DNA of 64,000 bases from Bryobacterales bacterium. Its GTDB lineage: Bacteria > Acidobacteriota > Terriglobia > Bryobacterales > UBA6623. Positions 55,469-64,000 of the stretch are shown one piece after another (within the stretch, counting starts at the first letter, position 1; each line of letters opens with the position of its first letter). The DNA lies in the NCBI GenBank assembly GCA_965214915.1, contig CBDCCP010000002.1:480844-544843 (forward strand), in the 5' to 3' direction. Made by a program: the position numbers and the translations under genes. Under the pieces are notes generated by a model. That model was not told where the DNA came from, searched no databases, and worked only from the letters and a program-made list of their open reading frames with translations.

Positions 55469-56698
55469 GGGAAGGTCTGAACAATAGGCAATTTTAGGGT
55501 ATGGGAGCGATCAAGGCGTAGGTAGCGGGGCAAGCAATAGGCGGGGGTGGGCGATACTGGGGCCGAAACCAGCTATGGGCAGCTATTTTTCAGGCTGCAG
55601 TAGGGTTTTGAGGGCGCTTTTTGCCTATTGGACACACTACGCCCTGCAGATTACGCCGCAGCAAGCGGCAAGCAGTGCTGCCTGGCCAGGAACAGATTGA
55701 CCAAAGCACAATTGACGTACACCCGCTGAGTGTTCTTCTCCAGCCCGCGGTAGCGCACCTTGCTGAAACCGAAAATCCGTTTCAGCACCTGAAAGGGATG
55801 CTCGACCTTCGCGCGCACCTTCGATTTGGCCCGGTTGCGCTCCTTTTGCGCGGCGCTCAACGGCCTTTGGCGGGTTCCTTTCCGGTGCGTGCAGTCCTGC
55901 GCCTGCGGAGCCTGCTGCCGAATCGCCTGCCCCTGCCCCTGATAGGCCGCATCTCCCCACACTCGCTCTTCGTTGCCGTGCAGCAACTTGCCGATCACCT
56001 GCGAGTCATGTACGTTCGCCGCCGTCGTCGCCACGGAATGGATCAGCTTCGTCTCGGCGTCCACTCCGATGTGCGCCTTCATCCCGAAGTACCACTGATT
56101 CCCCTTCTTCGTCTGACGCATCTCCGGGTCCCGCTTCTTCTCCTTGTTCTTCGTCGAACTCGGCGCGTCGATGATCGTCGCATCCACAATCGTCCCGCCG
56201 CTAACCTTCAGCCCTTGCTCTTGCAAGTGTGCGTTCACCGCCCCGAAAAGCGCCGCCCCCAGTTTGTGCTTCTCCAGCAGCCGGCGAAACTTGCAGACCG
56301 TCGTCTCGTCCGGCGCCGGCTCCCGGCACAAGTCGATGCCCGCAAAACGCCGCATCGCGTTGGAGTCGTACAGCGCTTCCTCCACTCCCGGATCCGACAA
56401 ATTGAACCACTGCTGGAGAAAGTGGATGCGCAGCATCCGCTCCACGCCCACCGGCGGACGCCCTGCCCCTTGACGCTGCGGGTAGACCGGCTTGACCAGC
56501 GCGCAGAGCTTCTCCCACGGCACTACCCTGTCCATCTGTTCCAAAAATCGCTCCCGCTTGGTCACCTTGCCATAGCGCTCGAATCCTGCTTCCGCCAATG
56601 TCCTTTGTCTGTTCAGCGCTCCCTGCATCCTCTCCTACCCCCTCATTCCTGCTATTATTCTATCCGTCTACCCAACGGTCAATTAATCAGACTTTCCC
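55469..56698 (-). mobile_element. IS5-family insertion sequence, 1230 bp
   Basis: Terminal inverted repeats GGGAAGGTCTGAACAATAGGC (55469-) and GGGAAAGTCTGATTAATTGAC (complement, ending 56698), resembling the E. coli IS5 IR GGAAGGTGCGAA. Flanks TTAG and CTAG (YTAR-like). Single DDE transposase ORF. Confidence 0.85.
55651..56628 (-). CDS. IS5-family DDE transposase
   Basis: 325 aa. ...RMLRIHFLQQWFNLSDPGVEEALYDS...GTIVDATIIDAPSSTKNKEKKRDPEMRQTKKGNQWYFGMKAHIGVD...RAKVEHPFQVLKRIFGFSKVRYRGL. Collinear with the E. coli IS5 transposase as I recall it. Confidence 0.92.
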   Translation of the reverse strand: MQGALNRQRTLAEAGFERYGKVTKRERFLEQMDRVVPWEKLCALVKPVYPQRQGAGRPPVGVERMLRIHFLQQWFNLSDPGVEEALYDSNAMRRFAGIDLCREPAPDETTVCKFRRLLEKHKLGAALFGAVNAHLQEQGLKVSGGTIVDATIIDAPSSTKNKEKKRDPEMRQTKKGNQWYFGMKAHIGVDAETKLIHSVATTAANVHDSQVIGKLLHGNEERVWGDAAYQGQGQAIRQQAPQAQDCTHRKGTRQRPLSAAQKERNRAKSKVRAKVEHPFQVLKRIFGFSKVRYRGLEKNTQRVYVNCALVNLFLARQHCLPLAAA

Positions 56699-56727
56699 TA
56701 GATACCGAAGGGAGGCCGCTTGCAACG

Positions 56728-59454
56728 ATGAAACGGTTTTTATTGGCGGTTTCGGCGCTGCTCATTGCTTCGAGTCTTGGCGTTCCGGCGGGCGCCGCCG
56801 ATCTCGAACCCGATCAACTGGACTTTTTCGAGAAAAAAATCCGTCCGGTCCTGGCCAAAAACTGTTACATGTGCCACTCCGCCGAGGCCAAGACGCGCAT
56901 GGGCGGCCTCTCGCTGGATACGAAGCAAGGCATACGCAACGGCGGGCAGCGAGGCCACGCCGTAGTTCCGGGCGACGTCGAGGCCGGCGTGCTGCTGGGA
57001 GCGCTGCGCCACGAGGGCAAGCTGAAAATGCCGCCGATGGGCAAGCTTCCCGACGAGGTAATCGAGGATTTTGCGTCATGGATCAGGATGGGCGCTCCGG
57101 ATCCGCGCGAAGCGAAGATCGCCCGGACGCAATCGACAATCGATGTCGAGAAGGGCAGGGAATACTGGGCGTTTCGGGCGCCGGAGAAGGCCGCTCTTCC
57201 GCCTGTCCGCGACATTGCCTGGCCGCGGGGCGCGGTCGACCAGTTCATTCTGGCGAAGATCGAAGAGAAAGGGCTGCGGCCGGTGAGCGACTCCTCCCGC
57301 GAGGCGTTGCTTCGCCGCGTCTCCTACGACCTCACCGGCCTGCCGCCGGCGCCGGCGGAAATCGCCGCGTTCGTTGCCGACGACGAGCACGCCTTCCGCA
57401 AGGTGGTTGACCGGCTGCTCGCCTCGGAGCATTTCGGCGAACGCTGGGGCCGCCATTGGCTCGACGTCGCACGCTACGCGGAAACCATCGGGCGGACGCG
57501 CAATCTTCCTTTCCCGGTCGCCTGGAAGTACCGCGACTATGTGATCGATGCGTTCAACGCGGACAAACCCTACGACGAGTTCATCCGCGAGCAGATCGCA
57601 GGCGACCTGCTGCCTTACCGCGATCGAGGCGAGCGCAACGCGCAGCAGATTGCCACGGGGTTCCTCGCGCTGGGGGCGCACGATCTCAACGAGATCGACC
57701 GCAAGCTCTTCCCCATGGATGTCGCCGATGAGATGATCAACGTGACGACGCGCTCGATGCTGGCTTTGAGCGTCGGCTGCGCGCGCTGCCACGATCACAA
57801 GTTCGATCCGATTCCGACCAAGGACTATTACTCCATGGCCGGCATTTTCCGCAGCTCCGAGTTGCGCGACGGCCTCCGTCTGCGGCCTCGTTTCAATTCG
57901 GGCTATTTCCGCATTCAAAAAATGGTGATGCTGGACGGAGTTCCCGATTATTCGGGCGGGAACGCTGCCGAGCTGCGCGCCAAACGCGAGCGGCTGTGGA
58001 ACGAATTGCTGGCCGCCGAAGAAAAACGCGACCGCGCGGAAACGCGCAAGCTGGCCCGCGAGCTCGGCGACATGCCCGTGCCCGAGAACTTGGCGATGGG
58101 CGTAGTGGAAGCCGAGCAGGCCGTCGACTGCCAAGTCAACATCGGCGGCGACCCGCACACTCTCGGCGACGAGACGCAGCGCGGCTTCGTACAGGTCTTG
58201 TTCCCCAAAGACCGCGCTCTGCCGCAAATCGGCAAGGACGAAAGCGGCCGCCTGCAACTCGCCGCCTGGCTGACCGACCGCGACAACCCCATGACCGCCC
58301 GCGTGATGGTCAACCGCGTCTGGCACCACCTGTTCGGCCGCGGCATCGTCAAGACCGTCGACAATTTCGGCAAGATGGGCTCCGCTCCGACGCATCCGCA
58401 ACTGCTCGACTACCTTGCGGTGCGGTTCATGGAGCAGGGTTGGTCCGTCAAGAGCCTCATCCGCGAGATCGTGCTCAGCCGGACGTACCGCCTCTCCACC
58501 GACTTCGACGAAAGGAATTTCGAGATCGAGCCCGACAACACGCTGCTGTGGCGCGCCAACCGCCGCCGGCTCGAAGTCGAAGCGCTGCGCGATTCCGTCT
58601 TGCTGATCAGCGGAGAGATGAGCGCCGAACGCCCGGAGGCTTCTCCGGTGCATGCCTTTTCTCGCAATCAGTTGATCAACGCAGGAAACAGGCAAATCAA
58701 GCCTTGGGAAATCGAAGAAACCTACCGCAGCGTTTATGTCCCGGTAATTCGCAATCAGGCGAACCGGTTCTTCGAGACGTTCGACTTCCCCGAGCCGAGC
58801 GAGACTCACGGCGCGCGCGACGTGACCACCGTTGCGACGCAGGCGCTGTTCCTGATGAACAGCGATTTTGTGCAAGCGCATGCGCAAACCGCCGCGGAAA
58901 GGCTCGTCGCCCGGGAAAAATCGGACGCCGAGCGGGTCCGGCGCGCTTTCCGCCAAGTGCTTTCCCGCGAGCCGACCGAGGCCGAGGTGGAAAGGTCGCT
59001 GGCCTTTATCGCCTCCACCGTCGAGGCGTTGCGCTCGGAAGAACAGCCCCGGTGGCGGCACAGCCGCGTCAATGCCGAGGACGACGTCGAGGACTGGCTT
59101 TTTGCCGCCGTGACCGAATTGCTGCGGCGTCAGCCGACGGCTTCCGAGATGGCGGACGCCATAGACTACGTGAGCGAAGAGCAGCCGAGCGCCGAGAAAA
59201 ACATCCAGGCCGTCAAGCGCTTCTTCGTGAATAACGAGGGCAACCTGCGCCGCCGGCAAATCGGCAAGCTCGTGGAGTTGCTTCGCGGACGCCCGGCGGA
59301 CCCCCGCGATTTCGACGAGATCGCGGCGTTCCTCGAACGCGTCGGACGGCCGGCGCGGGACCGGAGCGTCCCCTCGGTTCGCGGCCCGCAGGAAGCGTGG
59401 GCCCGCTTGTATCACGCGCTGTTCAGCAGCGCCGAGTTCCGCTACCGCGGATAA
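56728..59454 (+). CDS. PSD1-type protein (PSCyt heme-motif domain plus DUF1549 plus DUF1553)
   Basis: ATG 56728 with a GGGAGG RBS. Signal peptide MKRFLLAVSALLIASSLGVPAGA. CYMCHS heme motif. CARCHDHKFDPI. The first 369 codons of track ORF 55621-59454 are antisense to the IS5 transposase. Confidence 0.85.
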   Translation: MKRFLLAVSALLIASSLGVPAGAADLEPDQLDFFEKKIRPVLAKNCYMCHSAEAKTRMGGLSLDTKQGIRNGGQRGHAVVPGDVEAGVLLGALRHEGKLKMPPMGKLPDEVIEDFASWIRMGAPDPREAKIARTQSTIDVEKGREYWAFRAPEKAALPPVRDIAWPRGAVDQFILAKIEEKGLRPVSDSSREALLRRVSYDLTGLPPAPAEIAAFVADDEHAFRKVVDRLLASEHFGERWGRHWLDVARYAETIGRTRNLPFPVAWKYRDYVIDAFNADKPYDEFIREQIAGDLLPYRDRGERNAQQIATGFLALGAHDLNEIDRKLFPMDVADEMINVTTRSMLALSVGCARCHDHKFDPIPTKDYYSMAGIFRSSELRDGLRLRPRFNSGYFRIQKMVMLDGVPDYSGGNAAELRAKRERLWNELLAAEEKRDRAETRKLARELGDMPVPENLAMGVVEAEQAVDCQVNIGGDPHTLGDETQRGFVQVLFPKDRALPQIGKDESGRLQLAAWLTDRDNPMTARVMVNRVWHHLFGRGIVKTVDNFGKMGSAPTHPQLLDYLAVRFMEQGWSVKSLIREIVLSRTYRLSTDFDERNFEIEPDNTLLWRANRRRLEVEALRDSVLLISGEMSAERPEASPVHAFSRNQLINAGNRQIKPWEIEETYRSVYVPVIRNQANRFFETFDFPEPSETHGARDVTTVATQALFLMNSDFVQAHAQTAAERLVAREKSDAERVRRAFRQVLSREPTEAEVERSLAFIASTVEALRSEEQPRWRHSRVNAEDDVEDWLFAAVTELLRRQPTASEMADAIDYVSEEQPSAEKNIQAVKRFFVNNEGNLRRRQIGKLVELLRGRPADPRDFDEIAAFLERVGRPARDRSVPSVRGPQEAWARLYHALFSSAEFRYRG

Positions 59455-59483
59455 ACCGACCAAGACTGACGAGAGGTTCGAAG

Positions 59484-60866
59484 ATGACCCATTCCGATTT
59501 CAGCCGCCGGAATTTTTTGAAGTCCGCAACCGCCGGTTTCGGCTATACGGCGTTTGCGCATCTCGCCGCGCAGGAGGCGTTACGCGCCAAGACGTTCAAA
59601 AACCCCTTGCTGCCCAAGCAGCCCCATTTCGAGCCGAAGGTCAAGCGGGTCATTTTCCTGTTCATGCAGGGCGCTCCGACGCAGCACGAAACCTTCGACT
59701 ACAACCCGGAGTTGGAGAAGCATGCCGGTCAAAACACCGAGATGAATCTCGCCGCCGGCAATCAAAAGGGGAAAATACTGCCGTCGGTTTACAAGTTCGA
59801 CCGCTGCGGCGAGAGTGGCCTGCTCATTTCGGAAGTCTTTCCCCATCTTCAACAGCACGCCGACGACCTGTGTCTGCTCAACGGCATGCATACCGATACG
59901 CCGGCGCATCCGCAAGCGTCGATTTTCACGCATACGGGCAACATCACCTTCGTCAGGCCGTCGATGGGCTCGTGGGTCGTTTACGGCCTCGGCACCGAAA
60001 ATCAGGACCTTCCCGGCTTCGTGACCATGAACCCCCCGCCGGTCGGCGGCGCGGCGCTTTACGGCTCCGCGTTTCTGCCGGCGACGTTTCAGGGCACGCG
60101 CCTGAATATCGATCCGGGCCAGGACCCCATCGGCAACATTCGCAATGCGCGGATGGGCCTCGAAGCCCAGCGCCGCCAGATTGATTTCGTGCAAGACCTC
60201 AACCGCGGTCTGCTGGAAAAGAACAAGGTGGACAGTCAAGTCGAAGGGGTCATCCAGTCCTACGAGTTGGCCTTCAAGATGCAGAAGACCGTTCCCAACG
60301 TCATGGATATTTCGCAGGAGCCCGAGCATGTCCGCGCGCTTTACGGCATCGACGACAAGGAGACGCGCGACTTCGGCACGCAGTGCTTGTTGGCCCGGCG
60401 CATGGCCGAAGCCGGTGTGCGTTTCATCGAGCTCGGCCACCGCGGTTGGGACCAGCACAACAGGCTCCGCGCCCGCCTCAAGGCCAACGCGACCGCGACC
60501 GATAAGCCGATTGCCGCCTTGATGACCGACCTGAAGCAGCGCGGCCTCATGGAAGACACGCTGATTGTCTGGGGCGGAGAGTTCGGCCGTTCGACATTCG
60601 AGCAGAACAAAGGCGACGGTCGCCGCCACAACAACCGCGGCTACACGATGTGGATGGCCGGCGGCGGCGTCAAGGGCGGCATCCGTCACGGGCGCTGCGA
60701 CGCAACCGGCGCGGCCGTGGAAAACAAGGTCCATCTCCACGACCTCCACGCCACGATGCTGCACCTGCTCGGACTCGACCACAAGAAGTTGACCTACCGC
60801 TACGCCGGGCGCGACTTCCGTCTCACCGACGTTCACGGAAGAATAGTCAACGAGGTGCTCGTTTAG
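59484..60866 (+). CDS. DUF1501 domain protein (sulfatase-fold, Tat signal)
   Basis: MTHSDFSRRNFLKSATAGFGYTAF... Usual partner of PSD1/DUF1553 genes. Confidence 0.85.
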   Translation: MTHSDFSRRNFLKSATAGFGYTAFAHLAAQEALRAKTFKNPLLPKQPHFEPKVKRVIFLFMQGAPTQHETFDYNPELEKHAGQNTEMNLAAGNQKGKILPSVYKFDRCGESGLLISEVFPHLQQHADDLCLLNGMHTDTPAHPQASIFTHTGNITFVRPSMGSWVVYGLGTENQDLPGFVTMNPPPVGGAALYGSAFLPATFQGTRLNIDPGQDPIGNIRNARMGLEAQRRQIDFVQDLNRGLLEKNKVDSQVEGVIQSYELAFKMQKTVPNVMDISQEPEHVRALYGIDDKETRDFGTQCLLARRMAEAGVRFIELGHRGWDQHNRLRARLKANATATDKPIAALMTDLKQRGLMEDTLIVWGGEFGRSTFEQNKGDGRRHNNRGYTMWMAGGGVKGGIRHGRCDATGAAVENKVHLHDLHATMLHLLGLDHKKLTYRYAGRDFRLTDVHGRIVNEVLV

Positions 60867-61141
60867 GCGTCGAGCGCCGCCGCGTCAGGGTTTGCGAAAG
60901 ATTGCGGAACATTGCGCCGCGGGGCCGCAGTTCGTCCCGAACTGCGCCGTCCGCAGCGTCAACCGCCTTCCGCAAACGTGAGCGTCCAATGCGGCGCAAG
61001 AGCGTACATTTGTCCGTTCCGAGACGGATTGCAGGCCGTTGCCGATAGGTTTGCCGGCGGTTTCGTGATAGCCTACAAGCGCCTCTCCGGGTGCTGCGTG
61101 CGACACGGGCGCCCGGTTCCGTCTGCGAATGGAGAAGAAAA

Positions 61142-61561
61142 ATGGACAAGAAGAATCTTATTGTCTCCGGTTTGGCGGTCTACGTTGTCTTCCAACTCCT
61201 GGACTTTCTCGTGCATTCGGTTCTGCTGAGCGGAGCCTACGAGGCCACCGTCGACGTCTGGCGGCCCGAGGACGAAATGATGTCGATGTCATGGATCATG
61301 TTTCTCGCCAACCTTTTGTGGGCGTTTATCTTCGTTCACCTTTTTGCCCGGATGCGACAAGGGCAGGGAATCATGGAGGGACTGCGCTACGGTTTTTGCA
61401 TCGGCCTCTTCGTGACTGTGCCCATGGCTTACGGCTTTTACGTGGTGTTGCCCGTCCCGCACTCGTTGGCCCTCGCCTGGCTCGTATACGGGATGATCCA
61501 GATCATGCTCTGCGGAGCGGTTCTGGCTCTCGTGCATCGGCCCCGGCAATCGACCCGATAG
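61142..61561 (+). CDS. Small 4-TM membrane protein of unknown function, paralog 1
   Basis: 139 aa. MDKKNLIVSGLAVYVVFQLLDFLVHSVLLSGAYEATVDVWRPEDEMMSMSW... GGAGAAG RBS. The upstream ATG at 61129 is out of frame. Confidence 0.75.
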   Translation: MDKKNLIVSGLAVYVVFQLLDFLVHSVLLSGAYEATVDVWRPEDEMMSMSWIMFLANLLWAFIFVHLFARMRQGQGIMEGLRYGFCIGLFVTVPMAYGFYVVLPVPHSLALAWLVYGMIQIMLCGAVLALVHRPRQSTR

Positions 61562-61741
61562 AGGCGGCGGTCGCTGGACTCGGAGTCTCCCGGGCGCCCG
61601 CCGCTAACGCCGGAATACTTGTCGGAGAAAAAACCACGTTCCCGAATTTACGTCTGTTAAGTTGGCCAATCGTTTCGTGGTAGCCTACAGGCGCTTCGCC
61701 GGGCGCCGCGCGCCCGGTTCTGCCTGTGTATGGAGGAGAAA

Positions 61742-62161
61742 ATGGACAAAAGAAACCTCATAGTTTCCGGTTTGGCGGTTTATGTCGTCCACCGGGTACT
61801 CGACTTTCTCGTGCATGCGGTTCTGCTGGAAGGAGCTTACGAGGCCACCATCGACGTCTGGCGGCCCGAGGACGAGATGATGTCGATGTCGTGGATCATG
61901 TTCCTCACCAGTCTTTTGTGGTCGTTCATCTTCGTCCACATTTTCGGCCGGGTCCGGCAAGGGGAGGGAGTCATGGAGGGGCTGCGCTACGGCTTTTGCA
62001 TCGGCCTCTTCGTGACCGTTCCCATGGCTTACAATTCGTACGTCGTGATGCCCGTTCCGCACTCGCTGGCTCTCTTGTGGTTCGTGTACGGGATGCTCCA
62101 GATCATGATCTGCGGAGCGGTTCTGGCTCTCGTGTACCGGCCCCAACAGTCGTCCGCATAA
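61742..62161 (+). CDS. Small 4-TM membrane protein of unknown function, paralog 2
   Basis: 139 aa with about 26 differences from paralog 1 (about 81% identity by hand). GGAGGAG RBS. Confidence 0.75.
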   Translation: MDKRNLIVSGLAVYVVHRVLDFLVHAVLLEGAYEATIDVWRPEDEMMSMSWIMFLTSLLWSFIFVHIFGRVRQGEGVMEGLRYGFCIGLFVTVPMAYNSYVVMPVPHSLALLWFVYGMLQIMICGAVLALVYRPQQSSA

Positions 62162-62246
62162 GCGCGGCGGCCTCTTGACGCGAAGTTTTCCGGGGCGCCC
62201 GCCGCTAACGACGGGACGCGCAAACCGAAGCTGTAGACGAAGGGGG

Positions 62247-62323
<77 letters not shown>

Positions 62324-62433
62324 GCGCAGGCAACCCCGGCCGCAAAGGCGAGGCGTCCAGGCTCTGATCTTAACACGGCTCGCTCTAACGGCGCAAGAAC
62401 GAGTTGAGGCATGTCGGGGCAGTCGGTTGGGCG

Positions 62434-63243
62434 TCAATATTGAAAGACCGCCGTCGGCGTGTTTTGCGCGGCGACCGCCAGGGCGGTCTCAGTCGATCCG
62501 GCGGCGTCCAGGGCGCGTTGCGCATCCATTTGCGCCAGCGCCGGATGGTTGTTGTTGCCGCTCAGGTGCGCCAGCACGATTCTTTGCGCCCGGCGATCCC
62601 AGTCGTTCGCCAGGAACTCAGCGGCGGCCTGATTGGAAAGGTGCCCGTCGCGGCTTAGCACGCGCTGCTTCACCGCCCAGGGGTACGGCCCTACCTTGAG
62701 CATCTCCAGGTCGTGATTCGATTCCAGGATCAGCAAGTCCGCGCCGCGCAAATGATGCCTCACCGAGTCGGTCATGTATCCCAGATCGGTGGCGACCGCC
62801 AACTTGACTCCGCGGCAACGCACGCAGAAACCGACCGGATCCACCGCGTCGTGCGGAACCGTAAACGTGTCGATGTCGAGATCGCCGATCGCGAGGCGTC
62901 CGCCCGCCTCGAAGTATTCCATCTTTGGCGGGGTCTTGTTCCAGTCCAGCGTTTCGGCCGTGGGCTCGGTCAGATAGATGGGGACTCCGGTCTGCCTTGC
63001 CAGGACTTCCAGACCGCGGACGTGGTCGGAATGTTCGTGGGAGACGATGACGGCGTCCAGCTCGGCGGCGTCCTCGCCTATCGACGCCAACCGTTCGCGA
63101 ATCTGCTTTGCGCTGAACCCGGCGTCGAAAAGGACGCGCACCTTCCCCGTGGCGACAAACGTTGCGTTGCCGCCGGAGCCGCTGCCGAGAATGCAAATGC
63201 GGAGGCTCGCTTCGATGCCCTCGAGTCTTCCGGCCCGCGGCAT
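62434..63243 (-). CDS. MBL-fold metallo-hydrolase
   Basis: LRICILGSGSGGNATFV...VIVSHEHSDHVRG (HxHxDH motif). Confidence 0.8.
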   Translation of the reverse strand: MPRAGRLEGIEASLRICILGSGSGGNATFVATGKVRVLFDAGFSAKQIRERLASIGEDAAELDAVIVSHEHSDHVRGLEVLARQTGVPIYLTEPTAETLDWNKTPPKMEYFEAGGRLAIGDLDIDTFTVPHDAVDPVGFCVRCRGVKLAVATDLGYMTDSVRHHLRGADLLILESNHDLEMLKVGPYPWAVKQRVLSRDGHLSNQAAAEFLANDWDRRAQRIVLAHLSGNNNHPALAQMDAQRALDAAGSTETALAVAAQNTPTAVFQY

Positions 63244-63348
63244 TCGGCTTCGGGAAGCAACCTGCCGGAGCTGTGAATCGAACTATTTTAGCAGACCGCC
63301 CCGGCGGCATAGGGGGAAACGATGGACGCTTCGACGCGCCGCAATTGC

Positions 63349-64000
63349 CTACCGGGCGGTCAGCCGCTCCAACACCCGCGGCCAGACTTCGGGATTCAGC
63401 AATTGGTCCGGCCGTTCGCCGCGCAGAGCCTGCTTGAGATGGTGAATCGCGCCGGAAAGGATCCGCCGCTTGCCGGCTGCGCTGGCCGAGCCGACATGCG
63501 GCGTTACGATGACGTCGTTGCGCTGCAGCAACGGGTGGTCGGCGGGGGCGGGTTCGGGGTCGGTTACGTCGAGCCCGGCGCCGCGCAGGCGCCCGCTCTC
63601 GAGCGCCGCGAGCAACGCTGCCTCGTCAATCAGCCCCCCCCGCGAAACATTCACCAGAATCGCCCCCTTCTTCATCCGGCCGAGGGTCGCCGCATCGATC
63701 AGATGCCGCGTATCGGCGCTCAGCGGCAGATGAAGCGAGACCACGTCCGCTTCGGCCAGCAGCGCCTCCAGCGACGAAGCCATATCCACCCCGAGTTCTT
63801 CCGCGCGCTCGGCGGTTACGAAAGGGTCGAACGCGCTCACCTTCATGCCGACGCCGCGCATTGCAGCCGCCACGCGCGAGCCGATCCGGCCCAATCCGAC
63901 CAGTCCCAGGCGCGAGGCGAAAAGCTCCAGCGCGGAGTGCCGGCCGTAGTGGTCGGGCCGGCGGTCGCGCCGCAGGCTGTGCTCGGCCTTCTTCAAATCC
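63349..64000 (-). CDS. D-isomer-specific 2-hydroxyacid dehydrogenase family protein; the 5' end lies beyond the right window edge
   Basis: LGLVGLGRIGSRVA NAD-binding motif. LVNVSRGGLIDEAALLAAL. VIVTPHVGS. The ORF is open to the window end. Confidence 0.8.
   Translation of the reverse strand, partial: DLKKAEHSLRRDRRPDHYGRHSALELFASRLGLVGLGRIGSRVAAAMRGVGMKVSAFDPFVTAERAEELGVDMASSLEALLAEADVVSLHLPLSADTRHLIDAATLGRMKKGAILVNVSRGGLIDEAALLAALESGRLRGAGLDVTDPEPAPADHPLLQRNDVIVTPHVGSASAAGKRRILSGAIHHLKQALRGERPDQLLNPEVWPRVLERLTAR

Larger units (their letters stand above)
61060..62214. repeat. Tandem duplication of a unit comprising a 5' region, a small membrane-protein gene and a 3' flank (copies about 61060-61613 and 61672-62214; ATG-to-ATG distance exactly 600 bp)
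   Basis: Manual alignment of both the DNA and the proteins. Confidence 0.85.

Noticed and set aside
55464-55484. TTG-initiated 7-codon extension of cas5 (MFRPSLT)
   Set aside because: It would be encoded by the IS5 inverted repeat. Cas5d homologues begin close to the MNTEHVHLRVWGD position.
46409-56698. CRISPR-associated transposon (CAST) hypothesis for a cas3-less type I system next to a transposase
   Set aside because: No tnsA/B/C or tniQ genes are present. The adjacent element is an ordinary single-ORF IS5. The locus retains cas1, cas2, cas4 and a long array, unlike known CASTs.
55621-56727. N-terminal 369 codons of the 1277-aa ORF 55621-59454
   Set aside because: They are antisense to the IS5 transposase. 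The real PSD1 gene starts at ATG 56728, which has an RBS and a signal peptide.
60927-60945. 9-bp GC hairpin (GCAGTTCG-TCC-CGAACTGC) downstream of the DUF1501 gene as an intrinsic terminator
   Set aside because: No U-tract follows it, and it lies 60 nt past the stop. There is not enough support to call a terminator.
61091-61141. Longer alternative starts for the small membrane-protein paralogs (track ORFs 61091-61561 and 61730-62161)
   Set aside because: The upstream ATGGAG in copy 1 is out of frame, and only the MDK(K/R)N start is conserved in both copies. The GGAGrAG sequence is better explained as the RBS.

Overview
High-GC (about 65%) bacterial chromosomal window. The gene content includes carboxypeptidase-regulatory-like TonB receptors, DUF1592/DUF1552 and PSD1/DUF1501 pairs, several sulfatases and a PQQ quinohemoprotein dehydrogenase. 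This suggests an Acidobacteriota- or Planctomycetota-type organism (inference only; no database search was possible, and all family names come from motif recognition). I support about 45 protein genes, two tRNAs (Lys-CUU, Asp-GUC) and two insertion sequences: an IS1202/ISNCY-like element at 17.4-19.0 kb and an IS5-family element at 55.5-56.7 kb. There is also a large type I-C CRISPR-Cas locus at 46.4-55.5 kb. Its array has 47 canonical 37-bp repeats plus one degenerate terminal repeat and 47 spacers, and cas2-cas1-cas4-cas7-cas8c-cas5 lie on the minus strand. The main finding is that this I-C locus has no cas3. The IS5 element occupies the expected cas3 position, 5 nt from the cas5 start codon, and an unrelated gene starts 29 nt beyond the other IS end. 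Other points of interest: (1) the array holds two repeat types that differ by a double compensatory base-pair swap in the hairpin stem; (2) one spacer-repeat unit is duplicated; (3) cas8c has a plausible internal Cas11c start; (4) a 64-bp direct repeat of the tRNA-Lys 3' end brackets a 5.1-kb low-GC segment carrying a truncated sulfatase stub; (5) five single-nucleotide frameshifts cluster in three adjacent small genes at 12.45-14.08 kb; (6) an FGE-family gene is internally deleted; (7) a small membrane-protein gene is tandemly duplicated with an exact 600-bp period and a conserved 5' hairpin. Many long ORFs in the supplied track are high-GC shadow frames or translations of CRISPR repeats, and I rejected them.
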